Origin: a bacterium
GTDB taxonomy: Bacteria > UBA8248
DNA: 64,000 bases
NCBI GenBank assembly: GCA_965199855.1
Contig: OZ241326.1
Span: 2,400,001-2,464,000, forward strand
Direction of reading: 5' to 3'
A model generated the notes under the pieces. That model was given only the letters and a program-made list of their open reading frames with translations, searched no databases and was not told where the DNA came from. This document shows positions 1 through 10,064 of this stretch, in pieces. Position 1 is the first letter of the stretch; every line of letters begins with the position of its first letter. The position numbers were made by a program, and so were the translations under genes.

Positions 1-385
1 CGTCGTGGGGCATGAAGTCCCCGTATCGCTTCTGATCGACGGGCGTGCTGCCCGTCACCACGTTCAGGGAGCAGCGTCCGCCCGTGAGGTAGTCGAGGCT
101 GTTCGCCTGCTGCGCCGCATAGACCGGGCCGGTGATGCCGGGTCGGAAAGCCACGAGAAACCTGATTTTTTTGGTTCTTCCCGAAATCGCGCCCGCCGTC
201 GTCCAGGCGTCGATGCAGTGCGTGCCGCACGGCACGAGGATGTTGGCGAAGCCCGCCGCCTCGGCCGCCGCCGTCACCTGGGCGAGATAATCCAGCGTGG
301 CGGGGCGATCCGGCGTCTTCTGGTTCACCTGGCTGCCGTCGCCCGCCCTGTGGGAGCAAAGCGCCCAGATGTATTCGGTGGACAT
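1..385 (-). CDS. LLM-class flavin-dependent monooxygenase (SsuD/alkanesulfonate monooxygenase-like), 3' end runs off the window
   Basis: Not in the ORF track. Manual translation from ATG 385: MSTEYIWALCSH...AEAAGFANILVPCGTHCIDAW...KIRFLVAFRPG...LDYLTGGRCSLNVVTG, the typical luciferase-like motifs. Confidence 0.85.
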   Translation of the reverse strand, partial: MSTEYIWALCSHRAGDGSQVNQKTPDRPATLDYLAQVTAAAEAAGFANILVPCGTHCIDAWTTAGAISGRTKKIRFLVAFRPGITGPVYAAQQANSLDYLTGGRCSLNVVTGSTPVDQKRYGDFMPHD

Positions 386-631
386 ATCCCCCTCCCGCGC
401 GCGAAGAAAGCGCCCGCGTCTTACCGCTCACGCCTGCGCTTCCTCGTCAGGATAAAGGCATTTTCACGGCGGATCAAGATAGCGGAGCGGGCGGGCGGCG
501 CAAGGACGCGCCCCGGGAGGCGAAGCGCATCCGCGAAATCCGGCGCGGCAGGCTCGGCAGGAAGCGCGCTCCGACCGGCGAGGCGGCCCAACGTCCCGGA
601 GGCGGCTCGCTCGCCGGCCGATGGAGCGGGT

Positions 632-1210
632 CTAAGGCTCCTTGTCCAGGACGACCAGATAGCGCCGCTCCCGCCTGCGCTCGACGACGACGCCGCGGCG
701 CTCCATGCGGTATCCCGGCAGCCGCAGCCACAGGGAATGCTCGCCCGGAACGAGTGTCGATATCTCGAGCGTCGGTTCCGCCTTTCCGTAATACCGGCTG
801 TTGACGAAGACCTCGGCGCCCGGCGGGTTCGAGCGGACGACCAGGCGGCCGAAGCCGTCTTTCGTCAGCCTCACCTTCAGGGGAACCTTCTCCGCGCGCA
901 CGTCGAACTCCACGACCTGCGCGACTCGGCCCGGAAATTCCGCCCGCAGCGAATGACGCCCGTAGGCCACGCCCTTGATCTCAAGGGGCTTTCGGGCGTA
1001 TGCGACCCCGCGCGGATTGCCGTCGAAGATGACGGCCGCCCCGTCGGGTTCGCTCGTCACCACGACGATGCCCATGCCCCGCGGAATTTCGGCGGCCTTC
1101 TTTCCCAGACATCCGCCGCCCGCCGCCAGAGCGCAAAGCGCGAACGCCATGATCGTCGGGCGGATGCGATTTCTCCCCGCGCGCCTCGAAGCCAAGCGTC
1201 TCTCCTCCAT
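632..1210 (-). CDS. PEGA-domain lipoprotein (two PEGA repeats)
   Basis: Hydrophobic stretch ending AAGGGC, then two repeats VTSEPDGAAVIFDG and VRSNPPGAEVFVN...G-H-L. Start re-assigned to ATG 1210. Confidence 0.8.
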   Translation of the reverse strand: MEERRLASRRAGRNRIRPTIMAFALCALAAGGGCLGKKAAEIPRGMGIVVVTSEPDGAAVIFDGNPRGVAYARKPLEIKGVAYGRHSLRAEFPGRVAQVVEFDVRAEKVPLKVRLTKDGFGRLVVRSNPPGAEVFVNSRYYGKAEPTLEISTLVPGEHSLWLRLPGYRMERRGVVVERRRERRYLVVLDKEP

Positions 1211-1379
1211 GTTCAGGCCCCTCTCTCCTCTCGAATCCCGCGTTTCAGCGTAACGTATCCTGTTTGGCCGGGGAGTGGAAGCCGCCTCCGAAGACGAACC
1301 CCGGACGCGCTTGCCGATTCGCGGCGCATGGGGAATGATGCGGCGCGAGCGTGAGGCGCCCATGGGGAGAGGCCGCGCA

Positions 1380-3083
1380 ATGCGGGGACACCTGAGAGGA
1401 CTGACGAGCTACGGCGATCCGGGCTTCAGCGCTTTCGCGCGGGGCGCCTACGCGCGGGGGTTCGGCCTCACGAAGGAGGACCTGGAAAAGCCCATCGTCG
1501 GCATCGCCCAGACCTGGAGCGAGCTCAACCCCTGCCATCGCCACCTGCGGGAGATCGCCGAGGCCGTCAAGCGCGGCGTCTGGCAGACGGGCGGCCTGCC
1601 GCTGGAGTTTCCCACCATTTCGCTCGGCGAAATGTATATGAACCCGACGGCCATGTTCTTCCGCAACCTCCTCTCGATGGACACCGAGGAGATGATTCGC
1701 GGACAGCCCATGGACGGCGTGGTGCTGCTCGGCGGATGCGACAAGACGCTGCCCGCGCAGCTCATGGGCGCGGCCAGCGCGGGCATCCCCGCCATCTGCG
1801 TGACGGCGGGACCGATGATCGGCGGAAGGTTCGAGGACAAGACGCTGGGGGCGTGCTCGGACTGCCGCGGGATGTGGAGCGAATACCGCGCGGGCGGCCT
1901 CGACGACGCGCGCCTCGAGGAGGCCCAGGGCGCGCTCTTCCCCTCGGCGGGCGCCTGCATGGTGATGGGAACGGCGAGCACCATGGCCTCCCTCGCCGAG
2001 GCGATGGGCATGATGCTCCCCGGGCTCGCGGCGATTCCGGCGGTGAATTCGCGCCGCATCCGCCTGGCGGAGCAGAGCGGGCGGCGCATCACCGACCTGA
2101 TCGAGAAGAACCTCACGCCCGACGGAATCATCACGCGCGAATCGCTCGAAAACGCCATCCGCGTGCTCATGGCGGTGGGCGGCTCCACGAACGCCGTCGT
2201 TCACCTGCCGGCCATCGCCGGAAGGCTGGGCATCGACCTCCCCCTGTCCGTCTTCGATGACATCTCCCGCGAGACGCCGCTGCTGGGAAGCGTCCGCCCC
2301 TCGGGCGAGAAATACCTGATGGAGGATCTGGCGGCGGCGGGCGGGATTCCGGTCGTGATGAAGGAGCTCGAACCCCTCCTGCACGGCGAGTGCATGACGG
2401 TGACGGGCGGAACCGTCCGGGAAAACCTGTCGAGCGTCCCCAGGGCGCAGGCTTGGCAGGACGTCATCCGCCCCCGGGAGAAGCCCCTCTCCCCCGAGGG
2501 CGGCCTCGTCATCCTGAAAGGCTCGCTCGCGCCCGACGGGGCGGTCATCAAGGTTTCGGCGGCCAGTCCCGGTCTGCTGAGGCACACCGGCCCGGCGGTC
2601 GTCTTCTCCTCGCTCCAGGATTTGATCGAGCGCATTGACGACCCCGACCTCCCCGCGACGGCCGAGAGCGTCTTCGTGCTCCAGAACGCGGGGCCGCTCG
2701 GCGCGCCCGGCTTCCCCGAGGCAGGCTCCCTGCCCATTCCGAAGAAGCTGCTCGAAGCCGGCGCGCGCGACGTCGTCCGCGTCTCGGACGCGCGCATGAG
2801 CGGCACGGCGTCGGGAACCATCGCGCTGCACGCCGCCCCCGAAGCGGCCGCGGGCGGGCCCCTCGCCCTGGCGCGGGACGGGGACATGATAACCCTCGAC
2901 GTCCCGAGCCGCAGGCTCGACCTGAACGTCCCCGATGAGGAACTCGCGCGCCGCCGCGCCGCCTGGAAGCCGCCGCCGCCCCATTACGAGCGGGGCTACG
3001 GCAGGCTGTTTCTCGAAAACGCGCTCCAGGCGCCCCAGGGGTGCGACTTCGGCTTTTTGAGAAAGACGCCGCCCGAAGCGTGA
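1380..3083 (+). CDS. Dihydroxy-acid/sugar-acid dehydratase (IlvD/Edd family)
   Basis: KPIVGIAQTWSELNPCH, GGCDKT, GGSTN, SDARMSGT and LHAAPEAAAGGPLA motifs. Start ATG 1380 follows a GGGAGAGG SD; 1362 is possible. Confidence 0.92.
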   Translation: MRGHLRGLTSYGDPGFSAFARGAYARGFGLTKEDLEKPIVGIAQTWSELNPCHRHLREIAEAVKRGVWQTGGLPLEFPTISLGEMYMNPTAMFFRNLLSMDTEEMIRGQPMDGVVLLGGCDKTLPAQLMGAASAGIPAICVTAGPMIGGRFEDKTLGACSDCRGMWSEYRAGGLDDARLEEAQGALFPSAGACMVMGTASTMASLAEAMGMMLPGLAAIPAVNSRRIRLAEQSGRRITDLIEKNLTPDGIITRESLENAIRVLMAVGGSTNAVVHLPAIAGRLGIDLPLSVFDDISRETPLLGSVRPSGEKYLMEDLAAAGGIPVVMKELEPLLHGECMTVTGGTVRENLSSVPRAQAWQDVIRPREKPLSPEGGLVILKGSLAPDGAVIKVSAASPGLLRHTGPAVVFSSLQDLIERIDDPDLPATAESVFVLQNAGPLGAPGFPEAGSLPIPKKLLEAGARDVVRVSDARMSGTASGTIALHAAPEAAAGGPLALARDGDMITLDVPSRRLDLNVPDEELARRRAAWKPPPPHYERGYGRLFLENALQAPQGCDFGFLRKTPPEA

Positions 3084-3123
3084 GCCGCCCGCCCCGAAAA
3101 ACGCCCGACGGGATTTTCACCCC

Positions 3124-3855
3124 ATGTGCGGACGCTTCACCCTCACCGAACCCGCCCCCTGGCTCGCGGAAATCCTGGGGCCGGGCGCGGAGAGCCCAGA
3201 GGCGCTCGGAGAGATTCCCCCCCGCTACAACGCCGCGCCGGGGACGGAGATTCACATCGTCCGGGCGGCGGGGGAGACGCCGCGCGAACTCGCCCGCGCC
3301 CGCTGGGGGCTGGTTCCCCACTGGGCGAGAAGCCCCGACTTCGCCGCCAGGACCATCAACGCGCGCGCGGAGACGGCGGCGGAGAAGCCCGCCTTCCGCG
3401 CCGCCTTCCGCCGCAGGCGCTGCCTCGTGCCGGCGGACGGCTTCTACGAGTGGGCGGGAGATTCAGGAAAAAAGCGCCCCTGGTTCATCCACCTGAGCGG
3501 CGGGAGACCCTTCGCCTTCGCGGGTCTTTGGGAGTCCTGGCGCGGAGCGGACGGGGCGCGGCTCGATACCTGCGCGATTCTCACGACGGAGGCGAACGAG
3601 CGGCTCGCCGCCCTCCATCCCCGGATGCCCGTCATCCTGCCCGAAAGCGCCCATGGCGCCTGGCTCGACCCGAAGGCGGGCCGCGCCCCGCAGGCGCTAC
3701 GGGCGCTCCTGGGTCCCTGGCCGGCGGAGGACTTCGCCTGCTATCCCGTGGGCGAGCGGGTGAACAGCCCCGGAAACGACGACCCCGCCTGCCTCGAAAG
3801 ACTCGCCCCGGAAGCCGCCCCGCCGCCGCGCCAGGGGTCGCTCTTCGGGGATTGA
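3124..3855 (+). CDS. SOS response-associated peptidase (SRAP/YedK/HMCES, abasic-site protection)
   Basis: N-terminal MCGRF, RYNAAP, WGLVP, INARAET, RCLVPADGFYEW, HPRMPVIL. Confidence 0.95.
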   Translation: MCGRFTLTEPAPWLAEILGPGAESPEALGEIPPRYNAAPGTEIHIVRAAGETPRELARARWGLVPHWARSPDFAARTINARAETAAEKPAFRAAFRRRRCLVPADGFYEWAGDSGKKRPWFIHLSGGRPFAFAGLWESWRGADGARLDTCAILTTEANERLAALHPRMPVILPESAHGAWLDPKAGRAPQALRALLGPWPAEDFACYPVGERVNSPGNDDPACLERLAPEAAPPPRQGSLFGD

Positions 3856-3964
3856 CCGGAGAGCGGCCCAGGCGGGACGCCGGGTCCGCCCCCGGCGTGA
3901 GGGCCTTCGGGCGGGGAGGCTCCGTCTCGATCCGTCTCGGTTCCCGGCCCCCGTCGGGGCGCAA

Positions 3965-4532
3965 GTGCGGGCGGATGCGCGCAAACGCCGCGGCCTTGCG
4001 AAATGACCTCTCCGGGAGCCTCTTTTTCGCACAATCCTTTTATTTTCAATGACTTGATATTTTTTCCGCGCTCCGAAGGGTCTTGAATTTGTCGAATAAA
4101 GGCGCGAATTTGCGGGATAAAGGCGTGAATTTGTCGGATTTTGTCGAAAATAGGATTGTTTTCATCATGGCGCGGACGACGCGCGAACGCCGCGCCTGAA
4201 ACGCGCAGGGGCGCCCCCTCCTCGGCGCCGCCCCACAACTCCCGAGCCGCCCGTCGCCGGACGACAACCCCCGGATTCCGCAATCCTTCCTTCTCATCGG
4301 AATTGACGACGCGGGAACGGCGCGGGGCGACAAACGCCCTGACCCGCGCCCACGCCTTCGTCATCATTCGTATTCCGAAACCCATGCGTTCGCCTCCTCC
4401 TTCTCGCGGCGGATTCTCGCGCATTCAGGGGAAAGCCCGACAGGCGCAAATGCGGGCAAATGCGCAATCGATTCCGAATGGGCGGAAGGATTCTCCCGAT
4501 GCGGGGAGAGACGCGGGCGGACAACCACAGGG
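3965..4532. repeat. ~565-bp dispersed element, copy 1 (inverted relative to copy 2 at 27807-28372)
   Basis: Colinear by-eye alignment with the reverse complement of 27807-28372. AT-rich core with 21-bp-period GAATTTG repeats at 4085, 4106 and 4127. Confidence 0.9.
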
Positions 4533-5910
4533 GGTTGTCCCTACGGGGCCGGATGGCGTGATTCACCCGTAGGGGACGCATATATGTGTCCCGCGCCGTT
4601 CCCGTTTGTGGCGCGGGCGGTTCTCGAACCGCCCCTACGGGGTTTTCGCGCGGCGGCGGGACGGGAATCTGGCGAAGGACAACCACGGGGGTTGTCCCTA
4701 CGGGCCAAGGCATCGCCAACCCACAACGGGGCGCAAGAATGCGCCCCCTACGGGAATCGGATGGCGTGATTCGATTGTAGGGGCGGTTCGCGAACCGCCC
4801 GTTTGGGGATGGTTGCCTATGGGTGATGATGGGGCGTAGGGGCGGCCCCTCCCCGGGGCCGCCCCACAATTCGGGAACCGCCCGTTTTGAAGGAAGACAA
4901 TCAAAACCCTGGATTCCGGCCTTCGCCGGAATGACGGCGGAATGAGGACGCGGTGCGGACAACCACAGGGGGTTGTCCCTACGGCGGGGCGCATGAATGC
5001 GCCCCCTACGGCGAGGGTTTCCCCTCCGGCGCGCGCCGCCGCAAAACCCGTCATTCCGGCGAAGGCCGGAATCCAGAACCGGGGCGCGCGGCGGCAAACG
5101 GGCGTTCCCGGTCAATCCATGCGCGGGTTCATGGTTCCGTAGGGGCGGCTCGCGATTGGCGGGGCGGGTCGTTCACGAACGACCCCTACGGGATTGTCGC
5201 GCGGCGGCGGGACGGGAATCCGGCGAAAGACAACCCCCCGTGGTTCGCTACGGAGGGCGAGCGCGGTTCGCCTCCGCAGGGGCGGCCCCTTCCCGGGGCC
5301 GCCCCACAATTCGTGAACCGCCCGTTTTGAAGGAAGACGATTAAAACCCTGGATTCCGGCCTTCGCCGGAATGACGGCCGGGGATGCCCCTTACGGCGGG
5401 GAACGCGGGGTTCATGGTTCCGTAGATGAAACGCGAGAGCGTTTCCATTCATGCGTCCCGCGCCGTTTCCGTTGATTCGATGCGGGCGGTTCTCGAACCG
5501 CCCCTACGGGGTTTTCATCCGGCGGAATGAGGACGCGGTGCGGACAACCACAGGGGGTTGTCCCTACGATTTGATCCGCGTTATCGCCGGGCCCGCAACG
5601 GGCGCAAGAATGCGTCCCCTACGAAACTGTCGCCGCCCTCGCCTTTGTAGGGGACGCATATATGCGTCCCGCGCCGTTTTCCATCAATGGCGACGCGGGC
5701 GGTTCGCGAACCGCCCCTACGGGGTGGGTCGTCTATGGATGACGACGACGGGCCGCCCGTTTTGACGGGAAGACAATCAAACCTCCGGATTCCGGCCTTC
5801 GCCGGAATGACGGCCGGGGATTCCCCCTACGGCGGGGAACGCGGGGTTTGTGACTTCGCAGGGGCGCCCCCTCCCCGGGGCCGCCCCGCAATTCGGGAAC
5901 CGCCCGTTGG
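4515..5910. repeat. REP mosaic array 1 (GTAG-type and CGTC-type palindromes)
   Basis: Recurrent GTAGGGGCGGTTCGCGAACCGCCC, GGACAACCACAGGGGGTTGTCCCTAC, GGGACGCATATATGCGTCCC, GGGGCGGCCCCTCCCCGGGGCCGCCCC and CTGGATTCCGGCCTTCGCCGGAATGACG units. Confidence 0.92.
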
Positions 5911-5988
5911 GGAGCGGCCAGCCTCGCCGGGTTCCGCAATCCCTCCGCCCCGTCGGGGAATCTCTCCTCCTTCGGGCGGGACGGCTCC

Positions 5989-6759
5989 TCACGCCAGCCT
6001 TCTCACCCCCGGGAATTCCTCCTCGACGCGCAGGTCGCGCTCGTCGTGGCCGGCGAAGAGGAGGCCGGGGGAGGCCGCCATGTCCTTCACGGCGTCCAGG
6101 GCGCGCAGGGCGTCGTCCACGTGGACGTGGACGCCCGGCGGAATCATCGACTCGAAGCTGCGGTAGAGACAGGCCGCGTCCACCGCCAGCGCCGCCCAGC
6201 CCCCCTTCGCCCGGAAGCGGACGACCTGGAGGCCGGGCGTGTGCCCGCCCACCCGGTGGAGGCGGACGCCGTCGGCGATTTCCGCCTCGCCGTCCACGAG
6301 CTCCAGGCGGCCCGCCTCCAGCAGCCGCTCGGCTTCCGCCAGATCGCCCAGAAAATGGTTGAGGAAGTGGTATGCGCCCGCGTCGCTCCGCCAGAAGTCG
6401 AGCTCGCGCCTCTGGAGCCAGAACCGCGCGGAGGAGAACAGCCGGGGCGAGGCGAAATGATCCCAGTGCAGGTGGCTCACGACGAGCCGCTCCACCTCCG
6501 AGGGTCTGAGTCCGAAATGCGCGAGAAGCTCCCGCTGGGAGCGGTAGCCCTCGTAGTCGGGATTGCGCGCCCGCTGCGCCTCCTCGCCGAAGCCGGTGTC
6601 CACCACCACGGGCGCGCCGCCCCCCTCGGGCATGAGCAGCCAGAAGAAGTAGGGCAGCCGCCGCGTCCGCCCCGACTCGCTCAGATACAGCAGCCAGGAG
6701 GCGTCGCACCGACGCCAGCCCTGGCACAGGGCGTAGAGCCGCCAGGTCGCCTCGCGCAA
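5989..6759 (-). CDS. MBL-fold hydrolase, N-acyl-homoserine lactonase (AiiA/AttM-like) family
   Basis: VVVDTG, SHLHWDH, GGHTPGLQ, LAVDA and GHD motifs. TTG start at 6759 with a GGAGG SD. Confidence 0.85.
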   Translation of the reverse strand: MREATWRLYALCQGWRRCDASWLLYLSESGRTRRLPYFFWLLMPEGGGAPVVVDTGFGEEAQRARNPDYEGYRSQRELLAHFGLRPSEVERLVVSHLHWDHFASPRLFSSARFWLQRRELDFWRSDAGAYHFLNHFLGDLAEAERLLEAGRLELVDGEAEIADGVRLHRVGGHTPGLQVVRFRAKGGWAALAVDAACLYRSFESMIPPGVHVHVDDALRALDAVKDMAASPGLLFAGHDERDLRVEEEFPGVRRLA

Positions 6760-6871
6760 GATGCGGTCCTCCCCCTTTTGTTGTCCGCGCCCGCCGATTA
6801 TGCCATTATTTTCGAGGACGCGAACTTCTACGGCCCGGACAACCGCGAACCACCCCCGAAGGGCGCCTGTC

Positions 6872-9217
6872 TTGGACAACATCCTCATCGCCGTGTTCTT
6901 CCCGTTTCTGGCGGCGCTCATCGTCCCCCGGTTCGCCGCGCGATTCCGCCGGCGCGCCGCGTGGTTCGCCATGGCGGCGCCCCTCGCAAGCCTCGGGGCG
7001 CTGCTCTCCCTCTACGGCGAATGGGCGGCGGGGGGCGGGAAGACCCTCGTCCGCCCCCTCTCCTGGGTGCCGGCGGCGAACGTGGAAGTCTCCTTCATGA
7101 CGGACGGCCTGAGCCTCATGTGGGGCTTTCTGGTGGCGGGCATGGGCGCGCTCATCGTCCTCTATTCGCATTGGTATCTCCCCGAAGACGAGGCGCTCGG
7201 GCGCTACTACGGCTTTCTGCTCGCCTTCATGGGGTCGATGCTCGGGGTGGTGTTCTCGGATCACCTGCTCTCGCTCTTCATCTTCTGGGAGCTGACGAGC
7301 GTCACCTCGTTCTTCCTCATCGGCTTCTGGTCGGAGCGCGGCGCCTCGAACTACGGCGCGGCCAAGGCGATTCTCATCACCGGAAGCGGGGGGCTCGCCA
7401 TGCTGGGGGGCTTCCTGCTCCTGGGCGAGGCGGCGGGCGAGTGGCGGCTCTCGCGGCTCATCCTCACGCCCGACGCGGCCGCGAAGGTCTCCCTGGGCGT
7501 CTTCCTGCTCATCATCCTGGGGGCGGCGACCAAGAGCGCGCAGTGGCCCTTCCACATCTGGCTGCCGAACGCCATGGAGGCGCCCACGCCCATCAGCGCC
7601 TTCCTGCACTCGGCGACGATGGTGAAGGCGGGGGTCTATCTGCTCTCGCGCTTCTACCCGATTCTGGGGGCGCACCCCGCCTGGGGCTACGTCGTGACGG
7701 GCTTCGGCATGACGACGATGATCGCGGGCGGCCTGCTCTCCCTGCGCGCCCATGACCTCAAGGCCATCCTCGCCTACGGGACGATCAGCCAGCTGGGCCT
7801 CCTCGTCACCTTCCTGGGCTACGGGGGGCGGGGCGCCGTCGTGGGCGCGACGCTCCACCTCTACAACCACGCGGCGGCGAAGGCGGCGATGTTCATGACG
7901 GTGGGCGTCATCGACCACGAGGCGGGCACGCGCGACGCGCGGCTGCTGGGGAACCTGCGGAAGCTCATGCCGAAAACCCACCTCCTCGCGCTCCTCGCCG
8001 CGCTCAGCCTCATCGGCGTCCCGCCCCTGGGCGGCTTCATCACCAAGGAGATGCTCTACGAGGCGAGCCTGCGCCCCGGAGGCCCGGGCGCGTGGGGCTG
8101 GTTCTGGCCCTGGCTCACCGTTCTGGCGGGCGCGTTCACCGCGCTCTATCACCTGCGCTTTCTGGGCGAGCCCTTCTGGCGGGCGGCCGAGGGGGAGGCG
8201 CCGAAGCGCCCGCACGACCCGCCCTGGGGGATGCTCGCCGCCCCCGCCGCCCTCGCGCTCCTCGCGCTCGCCTTCGGCCTGGCGCCGTGGATCATCCAGG
8301 ACGCCCTCGTCGCGCCGGCGGCGGAGGCGACCCTGGGCGGAGGCGCGCGGCTCGACCTCCGCCTGGGTCTCTGGCACGGGGTGAACGCGCCCCTGCTCAT
8401 GTCTGTCCTCACCATGGCGCTGGGCACCGCGCTCTACTTCGGCTTCGCGCGCGTGAAGGCGCTGCTCGACGCCTCGGCGCGCGCGTGGGGGAGCGCCCCC
8501 GCTCCCGACAGAATATACGACGCCTGCATCGGCTGGATGCGCGGCGGGGCGCGGGAGATCCTCCTCCTCCTCCAGGACGGGAACCTGAGAAGATACATGC
8601 GCTGGACGATGGCGGCCCCCGCCGTCCTCGTCCTGGGCGTCGTCTGGCCGATGCGCTGGGGGGAGAGCGTCTTTCCCCGGACGCTCGAGGGCGTCTCGCC
8701 CCTCCTCGTCGTGATCGCGGCGATGATCGCGGCCTCCGCCCTCGCCACGGCGCTCTTCCGGCGGCGCATCCCGGCGATTCTCTCCCTCGGCGTGATGGGC
8801 TATTCCATCTCGGGGCTGTATCTGCTCCTCAAGGCGCCGGATCTGGCGCTCACCCAGATCATGGTCGAATCGGCCTCGGTCGCGCTGTTCCTGCTCGTGT
8901 TCCGGCGCCTGCCCGAGCTCGAACCCGTCCCCTCCTCCCCCGCCAGAAAGGCGCGGGACTGGGGAATCGCCGCCGCCCTGGGCGCCTTCACGGCGCTGGG
9001 CATGGCCGCCGCCATGAACGCGCACCACTTCCGGACGATCGCGGACTACTTCATGCGCACGAGCAAGCCGGTCGCCGGCTTCAAGAACGTGGTGAACGCG
9101 ATCATCGTCGACTACCGCGGCTACGACACGCTGGGGGAGATTACCGTGCTCGTCATCGCGGGCATCGCCATCTACGCCCTCACGCGGCTGACGGGGGGGG
9201 TTCGATGGGATCACTGA
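6872..9217 (+). CDS. mrpA: Mrp Na+/H+ antiporter subunit A
   Basis: [79 protein letters not shown] start at 6872 is inferred. Confidence 0.96.
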   Translation: MDNILIAVFFPFLAALIVPRFAARFRRRAAWFAMAAPLASLGALLSLYGEWAAGGGKTLVRPLSWVPAANVEVSFMTDGLSLMWGFLVAGMGALIVLYSHWYLPEDEALGRYYGFLLAFMGSMLGVVFSDHLLSLFIFWELTSVTSFFLIGFWSERGASNYGAAKAILITGSGGLAMLGGFLLLGEAAGEWRLSRLILTPDAAAKVSLGVFLLIILGAATKSAQWPFHIWLPNAMEAPTPISAFLHSATMVKAGVYLLSRFYPILGAHPAWGYVVTGFGMTTMIAGGLLSLRAHDLKAILAYGTISQLGLLVTFLGYGGRGAVVGATLHLYNHAAAKAAMFMTVGVIDHEAGTRDARLLGNLRKLMPKTHLLALLAALSLIGVPPLGGFITKEMLYEASLRPGGPGAWGWFWPWLTVLAGAFTALYHLRFLGEPFWRAAEGEAPKRPHDPPWGMLAAPAALALLALAFGLAPWIIQDALVAPAAEATLGGGARLDLRLGLWHGVNAPLLMSVLTMALGTALYFGFARVKALLDASARAWGSAPAPDRIYDACIGWMRGGAREILLLLQDGNLRRYMRWTMAAPAVLVLGVVWPMRWGESVFPRTLEGVSPLLVVIAAMIAASALATALFRRRIPAILSLGVMGYSISGLYLLLKAPDLALTQIMVESASVALFLLVFRRLPELEPVPSSPARKARDWGIAAALGAFTALGMAAAMNAHHFRTIADYFMRTSKPVAGFKNVVNAIIVDYRGYDTLGEITVLVIAGIAIYALTRLTGGVRWDH

Positions 9218-9642
9218 TTCTCCAGACGGTCGCGCCCGTCGTCCTCCACCTGACGCTCCTGTTCTCGCTCTTTCTGCTCCTCTACGGCCACAACCAGCCG
9301 GGGGGCGGCTTCATCGCGGGGCTGATGACGGCGGTGGGCGTCATCCTCCAGTGGGTGGCGGTGGGCGCGGAGGAGGGCCGGCGGCGCTTCCACTGGCCCT
9401 ACGAGACGATTTTCCTGCTCGGGCTGGCGCTCTCCACCCTCACGGGCCTGTGGGGCTATCTCAAGGGGGCGTATCTCAAAAGCTCGATCTACCGCTTCGT
9501 CCTGCCGTTCATCGGCGAGGCGGAGCTGTTCACCGCGTTTCTGTTCGACGTAGGAGTCTATGGCGTGGTGGTCGGGGTGGTGATGTCCATCCTCACCAAC
9601 CTGTGCCCGCCGCCGGAGGGGACGAACCCCCAGGGGCGGTGA
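9205..9642 (+). CDS. mrpB: Mrp antiporter subunit B
   Basis: [13 protein letters not shown] and [11 protein letters not shown]; overlaps the mrpA stop. Confidence 0.94.
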   Translation: MGSLILQTVAPVVLHLTLLFSLFLLLYGHNQPGGGFIAGLMTAVGVILQWVAVGAEEGRRRFHWPYETIFLLGLALSTLTGLWGYLKGAYLKSSIYRFVLPFIGEAELFTAFLFDVGVYGVVVGVVMSILTNLCPPPEGTNPQGR

Positions 9643-9713
9643 CGCCCGCGGGGGGCGGAGCTTCCGGCGTCCGCCCGCCCCGCCGGACGAGAAGAAGCGG
9701 AGGAGGAAGGGCC

Positions 9714-10064
9714 ATGGTCTGGACGCTGGCGGCGACGATAGGCGCGCTGGTCGCGGTCGCCTCCTATCTCATCATGCAGCGCAGAATCATCCAGGTCGTG
9801 CTGGGCATGTCGGTGCTCAGCCACGCCGCGAACCTGATGATCGTCGCCTCCGGCTGGGTGGGGGACGGAAAAGCCCCCATCGTCCCCAAGAAGGAGGGCT
9901 TCCTCGACCCGTTCCTCTACGTGGACCCCCTGCCCCAGGCCATGGTGCTGACCGCCATCGTCATCAGCCTCGCGGTGACGGCGTTCCTGCTCGTCCTCGC
10001 GCTCTTCGCCTACCGCAGGTTCGGGACGGACGACATCGACAAAATCAGGAGGCTCAGGGGATGA
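9714..10064 (+). CDS. mrpC: Mrp antiporter subunit C
   Basis: SHAANL and DPLPQAMVLTAIVI; GGAGG SD before ATG 9714. Confidence 0.95.
   Translation: MVWTLAATIGALVAVASYLIMQRRIIQVVLGMSVLSHAANLMIVASGWVGDGKAPIVPKKEGFLDPFLYVDPLPQAMVLTAIVISLAVTAFLLVLALFAYRRFGTDDIDKIRRLRG

Noticed and set aside
3741-4385. Shared ORF (MGFG.RMMTKA...IRQIHAFIPQIRAF) in both copies of the 565-bp element, each with an SD-like sequence (other copy 27951-28523)
   Set aside because: A by-eye codon comparison shows non-synonymous changes outnumbering synonymous ones roughly two to one, the C-termini diverge, and the frame crosses REP sequence. It is not called as a CDS, although the lack of indels over ~120 codons merits a dN/dS test with more copies.
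4515-5910. REP arrays (also 35630-37010) as CRISPR arrays
   Set aside because: Units are of several different palindrome types with irregular spacing, spacers recur between arrays, and no cas genes are present.
4141-5939. Numerous short ORFs within REP arrays (also 22.5-23, 27.4-28, 35.6-37, 42.1-42.7 and 46.3-47.3 kb)
   Set aside because: Their translations are recurrent REP-derived peptides (WIPAFAGMT, VGAVREPP), not genes.
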